Position numbers and translations under genes: made by a program. Shown piece after piece: positions 27,337-36,898 of a DNA stretch of 64,000 bases. The first letter of the stretch is position 1; each line of letters opens with the position of its first letter. The stretch comes from Clostridia bacterium (GTDB lineage Bacteria > Bacillota > Clostridia > Christensenellales > UBA1242), in assembly GCA_045588915.1 (NCBI GenBank), contig JAZNFA010000007.1, forward strand, positions 1,851 to 65,850, written 5' to 3'. Below the pieces are notes generated by a model. The model had not been told where the DNA came from. It was given only the letters and a program-made list of their open reading frames with translations, and ran no database searches.

Positions 27337-28551
27337 ATGTCTCAGTTATTAGGAATTTTTCAAACCGTTGGGTATTTAGCTTTAGCAATCCTTTTGTTAA
27401 TGCTAATGATTACAATTCATGAATTTGGTCATTATATTACAGCTAAGATTTTAAAGTTTAAAATATATGAATTTTCAATTGGAATGGGGAAACCTATCTA
27501 TAAGAAAACGAAAAAAAATGGTGAAATTTTTGCAATTCGTATGATTCCAGTTGGAGGGTATTGTTCTTTTGGTGAAGATGATATTAATAAACCTGACACT
27601 GATCCGGATTCATTCAATAACAAAGCGCCTTGGAAGCGTTTAATTGTAATGTTTTCTGGTGCTTTTTTTAATTTTCTATCTGCGATTATTTTTGCTGCAG
27701 TATTGTTATTTTTGATGGGTTATGGTTATGTTGCAAATACTGGAACTACCTACTATAACAGTGAGCACGAAACAGATCCGAGTAAACCGGAAAGAATTAC
27801 ATTATCGCAAGTGTTAAATGAAGGCAACAATGTCTTTGATTTAGATGGAAATTTTTTCACCATTAAATATGATGATGAAACGCAAATGATGATTGAAAGC
27901 ATTAACGGTAAAAGTATGAATTTATTTACTGGTACGTCGACAATTTTGGAAAAGACACATATTGGTGATAATGTTAATTTAACAGTAACATGGAAAGATG
28001 AAGGTAAAAATATTATTAAAAATAATGTAATTTTACAAGGTATTACAGCAAAGCAGTGGTCTGCGCTTTCCAAGGCAGCACATTCCTTGCCATTAAACGA
28101 TAAAATTTATCATAATGTTGGTGGAGCAATTCTGAAGTCTGTACCTTTTTCTTTTGAAGTTGCTGGTATGATTTTTAAAATTTTAGGACAGTTAGTAACA
28201 GGTCAATTGGGGATGAACGCGATTGGTGGAACGGTTGCGACTGTTTCGGTTATGGGAAGTTCAATTGGCGAAGCAATTACTTCTCAATCAGTAGATATTG
28301 CTTTTGCGCAGATTTTTTATTTATTAACTTTAATTAGTATCAATTTAGCAGTTTTTAACTGGTTACCAATTCCATCACTAGATGGGGCGCGTATGGTATT
28401 CGTTATCATTGAATGGGTTCGTGGTAAACCAATCAATCGTGAATTAGAAGCTAAAATTCATACCATTGGCATTATTTGTTTACTCGGTTTTGTTATTTTT
28501 GCTGACGTGTTTTGGGTTATAAATAATTTAAGTTTTAACTTATTATTGTAA
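27337..28551 (+). CDS. rseP: Site-2 (M50) intramembrane metalloprotease
   Basis: HEFGH, FSIGMG, IPVGGYC, N.LPIP.LDG. Confidence 0.92.
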   Translation: MSQLLGIFQTVGYLALAILLLMLMITIHEFGHYITAKILKFKIYEFSIGMGKPIYKKTKKNGEIFAIRMIPVGGYCSFGEDDINKPDTDPDSFNNKAPWKRLIVMFSGAFFNFLSAIIFAAVLLFLMGYGYVANTGTTYYNSEHETDPSKPERITLSQVLNEGNNVFDLDGNFFTIKYDDETQMMIESINGKSMNLFTGTSTILEKTHIGDNVNLTVTWKDEGKNIIKNNVILQGITAKQWSALSKAAHSLPLNDKIYHNVGGAILKSVPFSFEVAGMIFKILGQLVTGQLGMNAIGGTVATVSVMGSSIGEAITSQSVDIAFAQIFYLLTLISINLAVFNWLPIPSLDGARMVFVIIEWVRGKPINRELEAKIHTIGIICLLGFVIFADVFWVINNLSFNLLL

Positions 28552-28561
28552 GGTAGATGAA

Positions 28562-29035
28562 ATGAATAGTATTGAAGAGTATTTATATTATCACGAAAAC
28601 CAAGACTATATAAATTTAAAATTTTTATCTTGTACTTATTATCGAAAAAAACAGCATTTGGTAGTCAGATATATTTATAATGCTGAGATTCAGGATTGTT
28701 TACCTGCATTGCAAAAAAGGCTTGAAGAATTATTTATGCAAAGGGTAGGTTTGCCTTTAAAATATGATTTTGTTTATCAAAAGGTTTTTGTTGATGCTTT
28801 AAGTTTACAATTAGATATTGTTTCTTTTTTGCGCAAAAAATATAGTGCAATGATAGATAATATTAGTGAAAACCAAGTAAGTGTTCAACAAGATGGACAT
28901 TTATGGCGTATTGAAATTTCTTTACCGATGAATTTGATTAGGTTTTTGCAGCACAGCGAACCTTGGGAGAAGTTTAAAAAAGATCTTTGCAATCGTAATT
29001 TTTTTGATATAAATTTTCATTTAAAAGTTTGTTAA
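28562..29035 (+). CDS. Hypothetical protein, possibly a stand-alone PolC N-terminal domain
   Basis: 157-aa ORF co-oriented after rseP, where polC often lies; no catalytic motifs. PolC link is synteny-based only. Confidence 0.5.
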   Translation: MNSIEEYLYYHENQDYINLKFLSCTYYRKKQHLVVRYIYNAEIQDCLPALQKRLEELFMQRVGLPLKYDFVYQKVFVDALSLQLDIVSFLRKKYSAMIDNISENQVSVQQDGHLWRIEISLPMNLIRFLQHSEPWEKFKKDLCNRNFFDINFHLKVC

Positions 29036-29802
29036 ATTTGGTTTTTTATGTTTGCTAGTGCATTTTTTTCTAAACGTGATACTTGCGCTTGGCTGATGCC
29101 AATTTCATTGCTGACTTCCATTTGTGTTTTGCCGTCGTAGTAACGCATCATAAGAATTTCACGTTCTTTTTGTACTAAGTTATCGATTGCGTCTTGCATA
29201 GCTTTATAACCAAGCCAATCATCACAAGTCGTGCCATTATTGGGGATTTGTTCGATTAATGTTGTTGCATCATTACTGCGATCAGTGCCAATTGGTTCAT
29301 CTAATGATGATACTGTGCCAGTTGCTGCTAAAGCAAAAAAAACATTGGACAATGGTTCATTGATTGCTTTTGCTACTTCTTCCATTGTAACTTCGCGATT
29401 TAGTTCTTTTGTTAATTTTTCTGCAGCTTGTAATGCGTGATAAGCTGTATCGCGAATACTACGTGAAACGTGGATTCCATTTTCATCACGAAGGTATCGT
29501 CGGATTTCACCAATAATCATTGGAACAGCATATGTCGAAAACTTAACATTAAAGTTAGGGTTAAAATTATCAATTGCTTTAATTAAGCCAATACAACCAA
29601 CTTGAAATAAATCATCATAATTAGTATTTGCATAAATGTATTTTTGAATAACGGATAATACCAAACGTAAATTAGCAAAAATAAATTGTTGTCGTGCTTT
29701 TGGGTCGTTATTGCGAATACGCCGCAACATTTCTAATGTTTCTGCATTTGAAAGTTTGGGCAGACTGCTTGTGTCGATACCCACGATGTCGACTTTTTTC
29801 AT
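29032..29802 (-). CDS. sigG: Sporulation sigma factor G
   Basis: KVDIVGIDTS.LP.L N-terminus, DDLFQVGCIGL.KAIDNF, FSTYAVPMIIGEIRRYLRD, TQMEVS.EIGISQAQVSRLEK. Confidence 0.93.
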   Translation of the reverse strand: MKKVDIVGIDTSSLPKLSNAETLEMLRRIRNNDPKARQQFIFANLRLVLSVIQKYIYANTNYDDLFQVGCIGLIKAIDNFNPNFNVKFSTYAVPMIIGEIRRYLRDENGIHVSRSIRDTAYHALQAAEKLTKELNREVTMEEVAKAINEPLSNVFFALAATGTVSSLDEPIGTDRSNDATTLIEQIPNNGTTCDDWLGYKAMQDAIDNLVQKEREILMMRYYDGKTQMEVSNEIGISQAQVSRLEKNALANIKNQI

Positions 29803-29873
29803 TATGATAATTTTTTACAATTTAGCAGAAAATTATTCTCAAAATTTATCAAGTGAATCATATATATGATTGT

Positions 29874-30194
29874 ATGGGCGTAGAAGTTTCGTTTTGCGAG
29901 CTGCGCACTAAGATGGTAATTAACGTTGTCGACGGGAAAGCTTTGGGGCGAATTGTCGATATAGTCTTTTCACGTGAAAATGCGAAAGTGATTGGTGTCG
30001 TTGTGCCGGGTGATAAAAATTTCCACTTGTGGGGACATAAACACGAATTATTTGTACCTTATAATAATATTTTAAGGATTGGCGTAGATGCCGTCTTGGT
30101 TGAATTGCGTCCGATTGGCAGTTATAAAAATGGATGCAATGTTGAAATTACACCACAAGAGCATTGTTCTTTAATTCAAACACATAAAGATTAA
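29874..30194 (+). CDS. YlmC/YmxH family sporulation PRC-barrel protein
   Basis: ELR.K.VINV.DGK.LG.I.D, VPY.NI.RIGVDAVLV. Start set at ATG 29874. Confidence 0.88.
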   Translation: MGVEVSFCELRTKMVINVVDGKALGRIVDIVFSRENAKVIGVVVPGDKNFHLWGHKHELFVPYNNILRIGVDAVLVELRPIGSYKNGCNVEITPQEHCSLIQTHKD

Positions 30195-33100
30195 GATTTT
30201 TTACGGAAGCGAGTTTGATTTGCTTTAAATTCTGTTATGTCCTTGGTTGGAGCAGGTGAATCGATTATCATTTCTCCATCTTTCGGATTACGATGATATA
30301 ATGTAGTGTAACCACATTTAACAGCATCGGCCATAATTCCCATACCGTTTGACATATCAATACCATGATTGATACAGGTTGCCATTGCAATAACTAATGA
30401 TGGTCCATTATGATTTGTTGCTTCTTTTAAAATTTTTAAGGTGTGTTCCATATTTGCACCCATTGCGACTTGAGCTACGTAAACATTTGGGTATTGCATC
30501 ATCATAGCACCTAAGTTCTTTTTATCTGTTTGTTTCCCACCTGAAGCAAATTTTGCTGTTGCATCTTTAGGTGTTGCCTTGCTGGCTTGTCCACCTGTGT
30601 TAGAATATACTTCGGTATCAAGAACTAAAACGTTAATATTTTCATTAGTTGATAAAATGTGATCAAGACCACCAAAACCTATATCATACGCCCAGCCATC
30701 GCCACCAATTATCCAAACAATTTTATCGGTTGCTCCTTGTATATTTAAGGCTTTACGTATACCAAAACCAAATTCGGCATTATCTTCGAATAAACTATTT
30801 GCCCATGCTGGTCCATGTCCTTCTTGGTTTTTTGCATAAGGACATGATGGGGAACTGCCACCATAAATTGATGAACATCCAGTTGCGTTTGCAATTACTA
30901 ATTTATCTCCGTAAAGTTGAGTTAATAATTTGATATAAGGCGTTTCGCCACAGCCAGCACAAGCACCAGAAAACTCAAACAGTGGACGATTATATTGTGA
31001 TAGTTTTACGTTATTTGGCGCAATTTTATTGTCTGGTAAACTCAGTGAGAATTCATAATTTTCATCTTCTTGCACCTTGTCAAATGGTTCCATGACAAGT
31101 GCTTTATTTTTAACCGGGCAAATATTTGCACAAGCGCCACATCCGGTACAATCGTGTGGTGATATTTGTATGCGATATTGATATTCTTCATAACCAGGGA
31201 CACCAATTGATTTGATAGTTTTAAAATTTTCTGGTGTTGGTTGATTTATTAAAACAGGACGAATTGTTGCGTGTGGACAAATCATTGCACAGCGATTACA
31301 TTGGATACAATTTTCAGGAATCCACCTTGGGAGACTGGTTGCGATATCACGTTTTTCATATTGTGTTGTAGCCGTTGGGGCGCTGCCATCAGGAGTAAAT
31401 GCTGAAACAGGGAGTGTGTCACCTTGAAGACTGTTAATCGTTTGAATCATTGATGTTGGTTGATTTTGAATTTGCTCATCTGTTATGGTGAGTGTTTCAA
31501 TATCAATTTTAATTAACGCTGTGTCAGCACTGTCGACTGCATTATTGTTCATTGCAACAATTGCTGGACCTTTTTTACCATAACTTTTTTCAATTTTTTC
31601 TTTGAGTAATGTTTTAATTTTTTGATAATCAATGATGTTGACTAATTTGAAAAAAGCACTTTGCATTATCGTATTTATTCTGACACCAAGACCCAATTCT
31701 TGTGCGATTTGGTAAGCATTGATAATATAGAAATTTATCTTTTTGTCGACGAGAGTGCGTTTTACGGCGTTTGGTAAAATTTTATTGATTTCGTTTGCAG
31801 GGTAGGTGGTATTTAAAAGGAATGTTCCACCTTCTGTAATACCGTTTAACATATCAAATTTTGTTAAGAAAGTTTGGTTATGACAAGCAACAAAATTTGG
31901 GTGTGTAACCAAATAAGGTGCTTTGATTGGTTTTTTATCAAAACGTAAATGTGAAATTGTTGTGCCTCCACTTTTTTTACTGTCATACACAAAATAAGCT
32001 TGACTATATAAATCCGTATTATCACCAATAATTGCACAACTATTTTTATTTGCACCAACTGTTCCGTCACTACCAAGTCCATAAAAACGGCAACCACCTT
32101 GAGGATGTAAGTCAGGTCGTGGTGTTATATTTAGTGATGTATTTGAAACGTCATCATTGATGCCGATTGTAAAGTGATTTTTTGGATTCGTTGAACAAGC
32201 ATTCTCGTAAATTGCTGACACCATATCTGGGGTAAATTCTTTACTTGCTAAGCCGTAGCGTCCTGCAATAATTTTTTTATTTTGCAAACTTGCTACTACA
32301 TCCAAATATAATGGGTCACCGACAGCGCCATTTTCTTTGGTACGGTCAAGCACGGTAATTGTTTGAACGGTTTGTGGTAATACAGCAAGTAAGTGTTTAC
32401 TGGAAAAAGGACGATAGAGTCTTACTTTAATTAAACCAAATTTACCATTTAGTTGAGGAAGGGTGGCTTCAATGGTTTCGCAAGCAGAACCCATTGCGAT
32501 TATTATGTGTTCGGCGTTAGGGTGTCCGATGTAATCGAATAAGCGATAATTACGCCCAGTTAGTGTTGCGAATTTTTGCATATAAGTTTCGACTATGTTT
32601 GGAATCGCGTTTATATATGGGTTAGCTGCTTCACGATGTTGAAAGAAGATGTCCGAATTTTCAGCAGTACCATATATTTTAGGATTTTCTGGATTAAGTG
32701 CGCGAGAACGGAATTTTCCTAATGCTTCACGATTGATGAGTTTTTTGGTAATTTCTTTGTTTGGAATTTGGATTTTATTAAACTCGTGACTAGTACGGAA
32801 ACCATCAAAAAAATGCATAAAAGGGTAACTGGCTTCAATGGCAGCTAAATGTGCAATCAGTGACAAGTCTGCATTTTCCTGAACGGAATTTGATGCCAAC
32901 ATTGCAATTCCTGTGCTACGACAAGCATAGACATCACTGTGGTCGCCAAAAATTGAGAGAGCGTGCATCGCAATGGAACGAGCAGAAACGTGAACTACAG
33001 TTGGAAGTAATTCACCGACCATTTTATAAATATTTGGAATCATTAAAAGCAGACCTTGGCTGGATGTAAATGTTGTGCCCAGTGTTCCACCAAGCATTAA

Positions 33101-33334
33101 ACCGTGTAACGTTCCGGCAGCGCCTGCTTCGCTTTGCATTTCTATAACATCTGGAATTTGGCCAAATATATTAGTTTTACCTTTATTTGCCCATTGGTCA
33201 CAATATTCAGCCATATCGGAACTTGGGGTAATTGGGTAGATTGGAGCTGCTTCGGTTAAAAGATAAGCAGTACGTGCAGTTGCTTCATTTCCAGAAATAG
33301 TCTCGAATGTGATATTATCATTGTTTTCACTCAT
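30191..33334 (-). CDS. nifJ: Pyruvate:ferredoxin oxidoreductase (single chain, shortened)
   Basis: IYPITPSS, EMQSEAGAAG, GLGSDGTVGANK, two CxxCxxCxxxCP, FSGACAGCGE, GGDGWAYDIG. Confidence 0.96.
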   Translation of the reverse strand: MSENNDNITFETISGNEATARTAYLLTEAAPIYPITPSSDMAEYCDQWANKGKTNIFGQIPDVIEMQSEAGAAGTLHGLMLGGTLGTTFTSSQGLLLMIPNIYKMVGELLPTVVHVSARSIAMHALSIFGDHSDVYACRSTGIAMLASNSVQENADLSLIAHLAAIEASYPFMHFFDGFRTSHEFNKIQIPNKEITKKLINREALGKFRSRALNPENPKIYGTAENSDIFFQHREAANPYINAIPNIVETYMQKFATLTGRNYRLFDYIGHPNAEHIIIAMGSACETIEATLPQLNGKFGLIKVRLYRPFSSKHLLAVLPQTVQTITVLDRTKENGAVGDPLYLDVVASLQNKKIIAGRYGLASKEFTPDMVSAIYENACSTNPKNHFTIGINDDVSNTSLNITPRPDLHPQGGCRFYGLGSDGTVGANKNSCAIIGDNTDLYSQAYFVYDSKKSGGTTISHLRFDKKPIKAPYLVTHPNFVACHNQTFLTKFDMLNGITEGGTFLLNTTYPANEINKILPNAVKRTLVDKKINFYIINAYQIAQELGLGVRINTIMQSAFFKLVNIIDYQKIKTLLKEKIEKSYGKKGPAIVAMNNNAVDSADTALIKIDIETLTITDEQIQNQPTSMIQTINSLQGDTLPVSAFTPDGSAPTATTQYEKRDIATSLPRWIPENCIQCNRCAMICPHATIRPVLINQPTPENFKTIKSIGVPGYEEYQYRIQISPHDCTGCGACANICPVKNKALVMEPFDKVQEDENYEFSLSLPDNKIAPNNVKLSQYNRPLFEFSGACAGCGETPYIKLLTQLYGDKLVIANATGCSSIYGGSSPSCPYAKNQEGHGPAWANSLFEDNAEFGFGIRKALNIQGATDKIVWIIGGDGWAYDIGFGGLDHILSTNENINVLVLDTEVYSNTGGQASKATPKDATAKFASGGKQTDKKNLGAMMMQYPNVYVAQVAMGANMEHTLKILKEATNHNGPSLVIAMATCINHGIDMSNGMGIMADAVKCGYTTLYHRNPKDGEMIIDSPAPTKDITEFKANQTRFRKKS

Positions 33335-33419
33335 AGTTTAAGAATAACATATTTTTCAAATTTATACAAAACATATCGTTTAAAATAGCGCAAAATATAT
33401 CGTATGCATATAACTAAAT

Positions 33420-34463
33420 ATGTTAAACATTGGAATTATTTTTGGTGGTAATAGTACAGAGCATGATGTGTCTATTTTAACCGGTTTGCATTTAGCACGA
33501 AATGTAACAGAAGCATATCATATCTCATTGATTTATCTCACGCGTGAGAATCAAATGGTTGTTGGTAGTAAAAATATTGATGATTATATCAAAGGGAAAG
33601 CAAGTAGGGCAAAACCGTTTCGTAAGTGGAAAAAATTAGCCTGCGTTATAAATTGTTGTCATGGTGGAATGGGGGAAGATGGAACGCTTGCTGCTGTTTT
33701 GCAGTTTTATAATTTACCAATTACTAGTTGTGATGCTGTCGCTGGCTGGTTACAACAAAGTAAAATTGCAACGCGACAAGTTTTAACTGCAGCAGGTTAT
33801 TTACAGCCACGCTTTCAGGTGATGACAACGAATGATTTATCGCAATTTAAATTACCTTTGCCAGTAGTTGTAAAACCGGACATGCAAGGTAGTTCGATTG
33901 GTATTAAAATAGCGCGCACAAATGATGAGTTAAAATCAGCAATTGATACTGCATTAACTATGGGCAGTCGGGTGGTTGTTGAAGAATATATTGCCGATAT
34001 GCAAGAAGTAAATGTTGCAGTGATGCGTGAACAAGGAAAAATTATTACTTCAGCGTTAGAAGTTGTAGGTAGTGAGCGTTTCTTTTCTTTTGAAGAAAAA
34101 TATTTTAATACAGACAGTGGTTTTGTAAAAAAAGGTAGTCAGAATACTGATAGTCAGTTTTTAAAAGATATTGAGCCTAAAATAAAAGAAATGGCAATCA
34201 AGGCGTATGAATTATTCAATTCAAGTGGTGTGGTGCGAGTTGATTTTATGGTACACAATAATAAAATCATATTAAACGAAATCAATACTGTGCCTGGTTT
34301 TATGGCTTATCATTTATGGTTAAAAGCAGATATTCCATATGGCGTTGTCATTGATAATTTGGTGCAAGAAGCTATCGCACGTCATCAAAAAAAACAGCAA
34401 TATAATAGTTATTTTAAGAGCGAAATTCTCAAGAAAAATCGCCAATTAGTGGTTGAATTTTAA
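33420..34463 (+). CDS. ddl: D-alanine--D-alanine ligase
   Basis: FGGNSTEHDVS, HGG.GEDG, KP...GSSIG, FEEKY, RVDF, NEINTVPG. Confidence 0.88.
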   Translation: MLNIGIIFGGNSTEHDVSILTGLHLARNVTEAYHISLIYLTRENQMVVGSKNIDDYIKGKASRAKPFRKWKKLACVINCCHGGMGEDGTLAAVLQFYNLPITSCDAVAGWLQQSKIATRQVLTAAGYLQPRFQVMTTNDLSQFKLPLPVVVKPDMQGSSIGIKIARTNDELKSAIDTALTMGSRVVVEEYIADMQEVNVAVMREQGKIITSALEVVGSERFFSFEEKYFNTDSGFVKKGSQNTDSQFLKDIEPKIKEMAIKAYELFNSSGVVRVDFMVHNNKIILNEINTVPGFMAYHLWLKADIPYGVVIDNLVQEAIARHQKKQQYNSYFKSEILKKNRQLVVEF

Positions 34464-34492
34464 TGTCGTTCATGGTATAATTTTTTTATATT

Positions 34493-36880
34493 ATGAGCAA
34501 ATATGATAGTACTATTTTATTAAACAAAACACCGGCAACATTTATGGAAAATGCTTTTTTAGATGGAAGTATTTTGGGGAATGGGCGTGTTGGTGTTGCC
34601 ATTCTTGGCGCAATTTCAAATGAACAAATTTTGATTAACCATAGTGCCTTGGTTCATCATGGTAAAAATGGTGTATTGCAAGATGTCAGTGATGATTTTA
34701 CAACATTACGTAAAAAATTCGCTGATGGTAAAATTTTGGAAGTTGAACAAGTTTTAGAAAAGTCTTTTATTAAGAAAAATTGCCATTTAGCACCTGCTCA
34801 GCCAAAGCCAATGGTAAAAATCAAATTAGATTTTTATAATACTGGTGTTATTACAAATTATGAACGCATAACCGATATGAAAAATGGTGAATTGGCTGTT
34901 AGCTTCTGTGCCGATGAAAAGGAAGAAACTGTTCGCCGCTTGTCGCTTGCTAAGTCAAATGACGTAATGGCTTATCATGTTGATAAATCAAATGGTAAAA
35001 TTCGCGTAGCAATTCAATTACAACCATGCGATAAGAATAGTAAATTTAATAATATTAAATACGAAAATGGTTATTTCTATTTTAGCTCTCGTAGTGATAA
35101 CGGTCGTGACTATGGATTAGTTATGCGTTTAATTGTTGCTGGGGGAAATGTTCAAGTTGCAAATAACGTTGTTACTTTAAAAGATGTAAATGAATTAACT
35201 ATTTTAGCAAAGCCTTTCGTTAATTCGGATGCAAGCACAGAATTTAATAAAATTAAAATGGAACTTTCTTTAATCAAAGATAGTTATAATAAATTAGCAA
35301 CAAAAAATGCTGTACCTTTCAAACGTGCTTTTGATGATACTGATTTAGAGTTGAATTCTGATAAAACCGAAGCAGACTTAAAAGAGTTAATCGATAAAAC
35401 CAGTAATAATGAATTAACACCTGAATTATTAGAACGTTTGTGGAATTTTTCTAAATATTTATGCGTTTGTTTGGATGGCGCTTTGTTAACTCCTGCTGGG
35501 TTGTGGTGTGCTGACAACGATTGTGAACATGGTGTTACAGCTCTAGACGGTATTGCTCAATTATTATACTCAGGTGTAACAAGAACTTTCACCCCTGATT
35601 CAATTTTGAAACTTTTAGATTTCTATATGGGTTATGAATCTGATTTAAAAAAGAATGCCGCTCGTGTATATGGTATGCGTGGCTATTTTGTCCCACGTAT
35701 TACGGCAATGGATTCAGCAACTTTTGGTAGTGTTAATTCAGCAACATTACACTTTATTGCTTCATCGGCTTTAGCTGCTAATTTGTTCTATGATTACTAT
35801 TTAACGACTGGTGATGAAAAGACTTTACGTAGTAAAATTTTCCCATTTATGCGTAATGTTTTTGAATTTTACTCAGATTTTTTAAAGTTAGATGCTACGG
35901 GTAAATACATTACAATTCCTAGTTATAGTCCAAATGCAACGCCTGGTAATTTGGTTGCTGGTCGTCCTTTGGTAAATTTTGCTTTGGCATCATCATCGAC
36001 AATTGACTTCTTAGCTTTACAAACATTGTTAAATAATTTGATTAGTGCAGCTACTTTATTAAAAACAGCGAAGGATGACGTTGCAGTGTGGCAAGATATG
36101 TTAACCAAAATTCCAACATTTACGGTTAATGGTGATGGTTGCTTGAAAGAATACACTAATTCAGTTTTTGTTGATAAAGTTGAAAATGCAGGCGTTATGC
36201 ATGGTTATGGATTATATCCATTAAAAAACTTTATGGCAAATGATGTTATAATTACTTATCGTCCATCTGTAATTCAAGGTGCAAACCCAGAAGCTGAAAT
36301 TTCGGCAAGTGCTGCGAGTGTTAATGCAGTGAAAGCTCGTGTCCGTAATGCGGCATATTATCAACCAACAAGAAATTTGGTAATGGCTGCTTGTCAATTG
36401 GCATATGGGGCAGATGTAACCGAAGTTAAGAACTTACTAGTTAAAATTATTAATAGTTCAGCAACTCCATCTGGATTATTCTTATCTAATGACTGGCGTG
36501 GTTCAGGTATGACAACAAATGATAAACCTAATTTAGACGTTGCTGTTTCTATGGGTGTAGGTACAGCAATTAGTGATTGTGTTTTGCAAAGTTCAGCAAA
36601 TATCTTAAAGGTTTTACCAATTTTGATTGAGCCTTTAATGGTGGGAAGTATTAAGAATTTAGCAACTGATTTTGCGGCAAAAGTAACAATGAGTTGGGAT
36701 GCGAATAAAGGTAAAATCAGCTTGAAAATTTTACCAAGTAAAAATGCTAAAATTAAATTGATTTTTAATGAAGCATTCCACAAAATTAAAAACAAAGATT
36801 TTGCATGGAATAAAGAATTGAATGGTATTGAAGAAGTAGATTTAGTTGCTGGTAAAGTTTTTTCAATAGATATTGGTTAA
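34493..36880 (+). CDS. GH95 (alpha-1,2-fucosidase)-like protein with degenerate active site
   Basis: GH95-type N-terminus (LGNGRVG..I.G....E.I..N), F.KYL, AARVYG.RG, PSYSP, GLYP and VLP motifs; catalytic motifs altered. Confidence 0.7.
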   Translation: MSKYDSTILLNKTPATFMENAFLDGSILGNGRVGVAILGAISNEQILINHSALVHHGKNGVLQDVSDDFTTLRKKFADGKILEVEQVLEKSFIKKNCHLAPAQPKPMVKIKLDFYNTGVITNYERITDMKNGELAVSFCADEKEETVRRLSLAKSNDVMAYHVDKSNGKIRVAIQLQPCDKNSKFNNIKYENGYFYFSSRSDNGRDYGLVMRLIVAGGNVQVANNVVTLKDVNELTILAKPFVNSDASTEFNKIKMELSLIKDSYNKLATKNAVPFKRAFDDTDLELNSDKTEADLKELIDKTSNNELTPELLERLWNFSKYLCVCLDGALLTPAGLWCADNDCEHGVTALDGIAQLLYSGVTRTFTPDSILKLLDFYMGYESDLKKNAARVYGMRGYFVPRITAMDSATFGSVNSATLHFIASSALAANLFYDYYLTTGDEKTLRSKIFPFMRNVFEFYSDFLKLDATGKYITIPSYSPNATPGNLVAGRPLVNFALASSSTIDFLALQTLLNNLISAATLLKTAKDDVAVWQDMLTKIPTFTVNGDGCLKEYTNSVFVDKVENAGVMHGYGLYPLKNFMANDVIITYRPSVIQGANPEAEISASAASVNAVKARVRNAAYYQPTRNLVMAACQLAYGADVTEVKNLLVKIINSSATPSGLFLSNDWRGSGMTTNDKPNLDVAVSMGVGTAISDCVLQSSANILKVLPILIEPLMVGSIKNLATDFAAKVTMSWDANKGKISLKILPSKNAKIKLIFNEAFHKIKNKDFAWNKELNGIEEVDLVAGKVFSIDIG

Positions 36881-36898
36881 ATCACATATAAATAAGAT

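Noticed and set aside
33420-34463. Van-type D-Ala-D-Lac ligase
   Set aside because: Omega loop keeps KY (FEEKY) and no vanH/vanX/regulators are adjacent.
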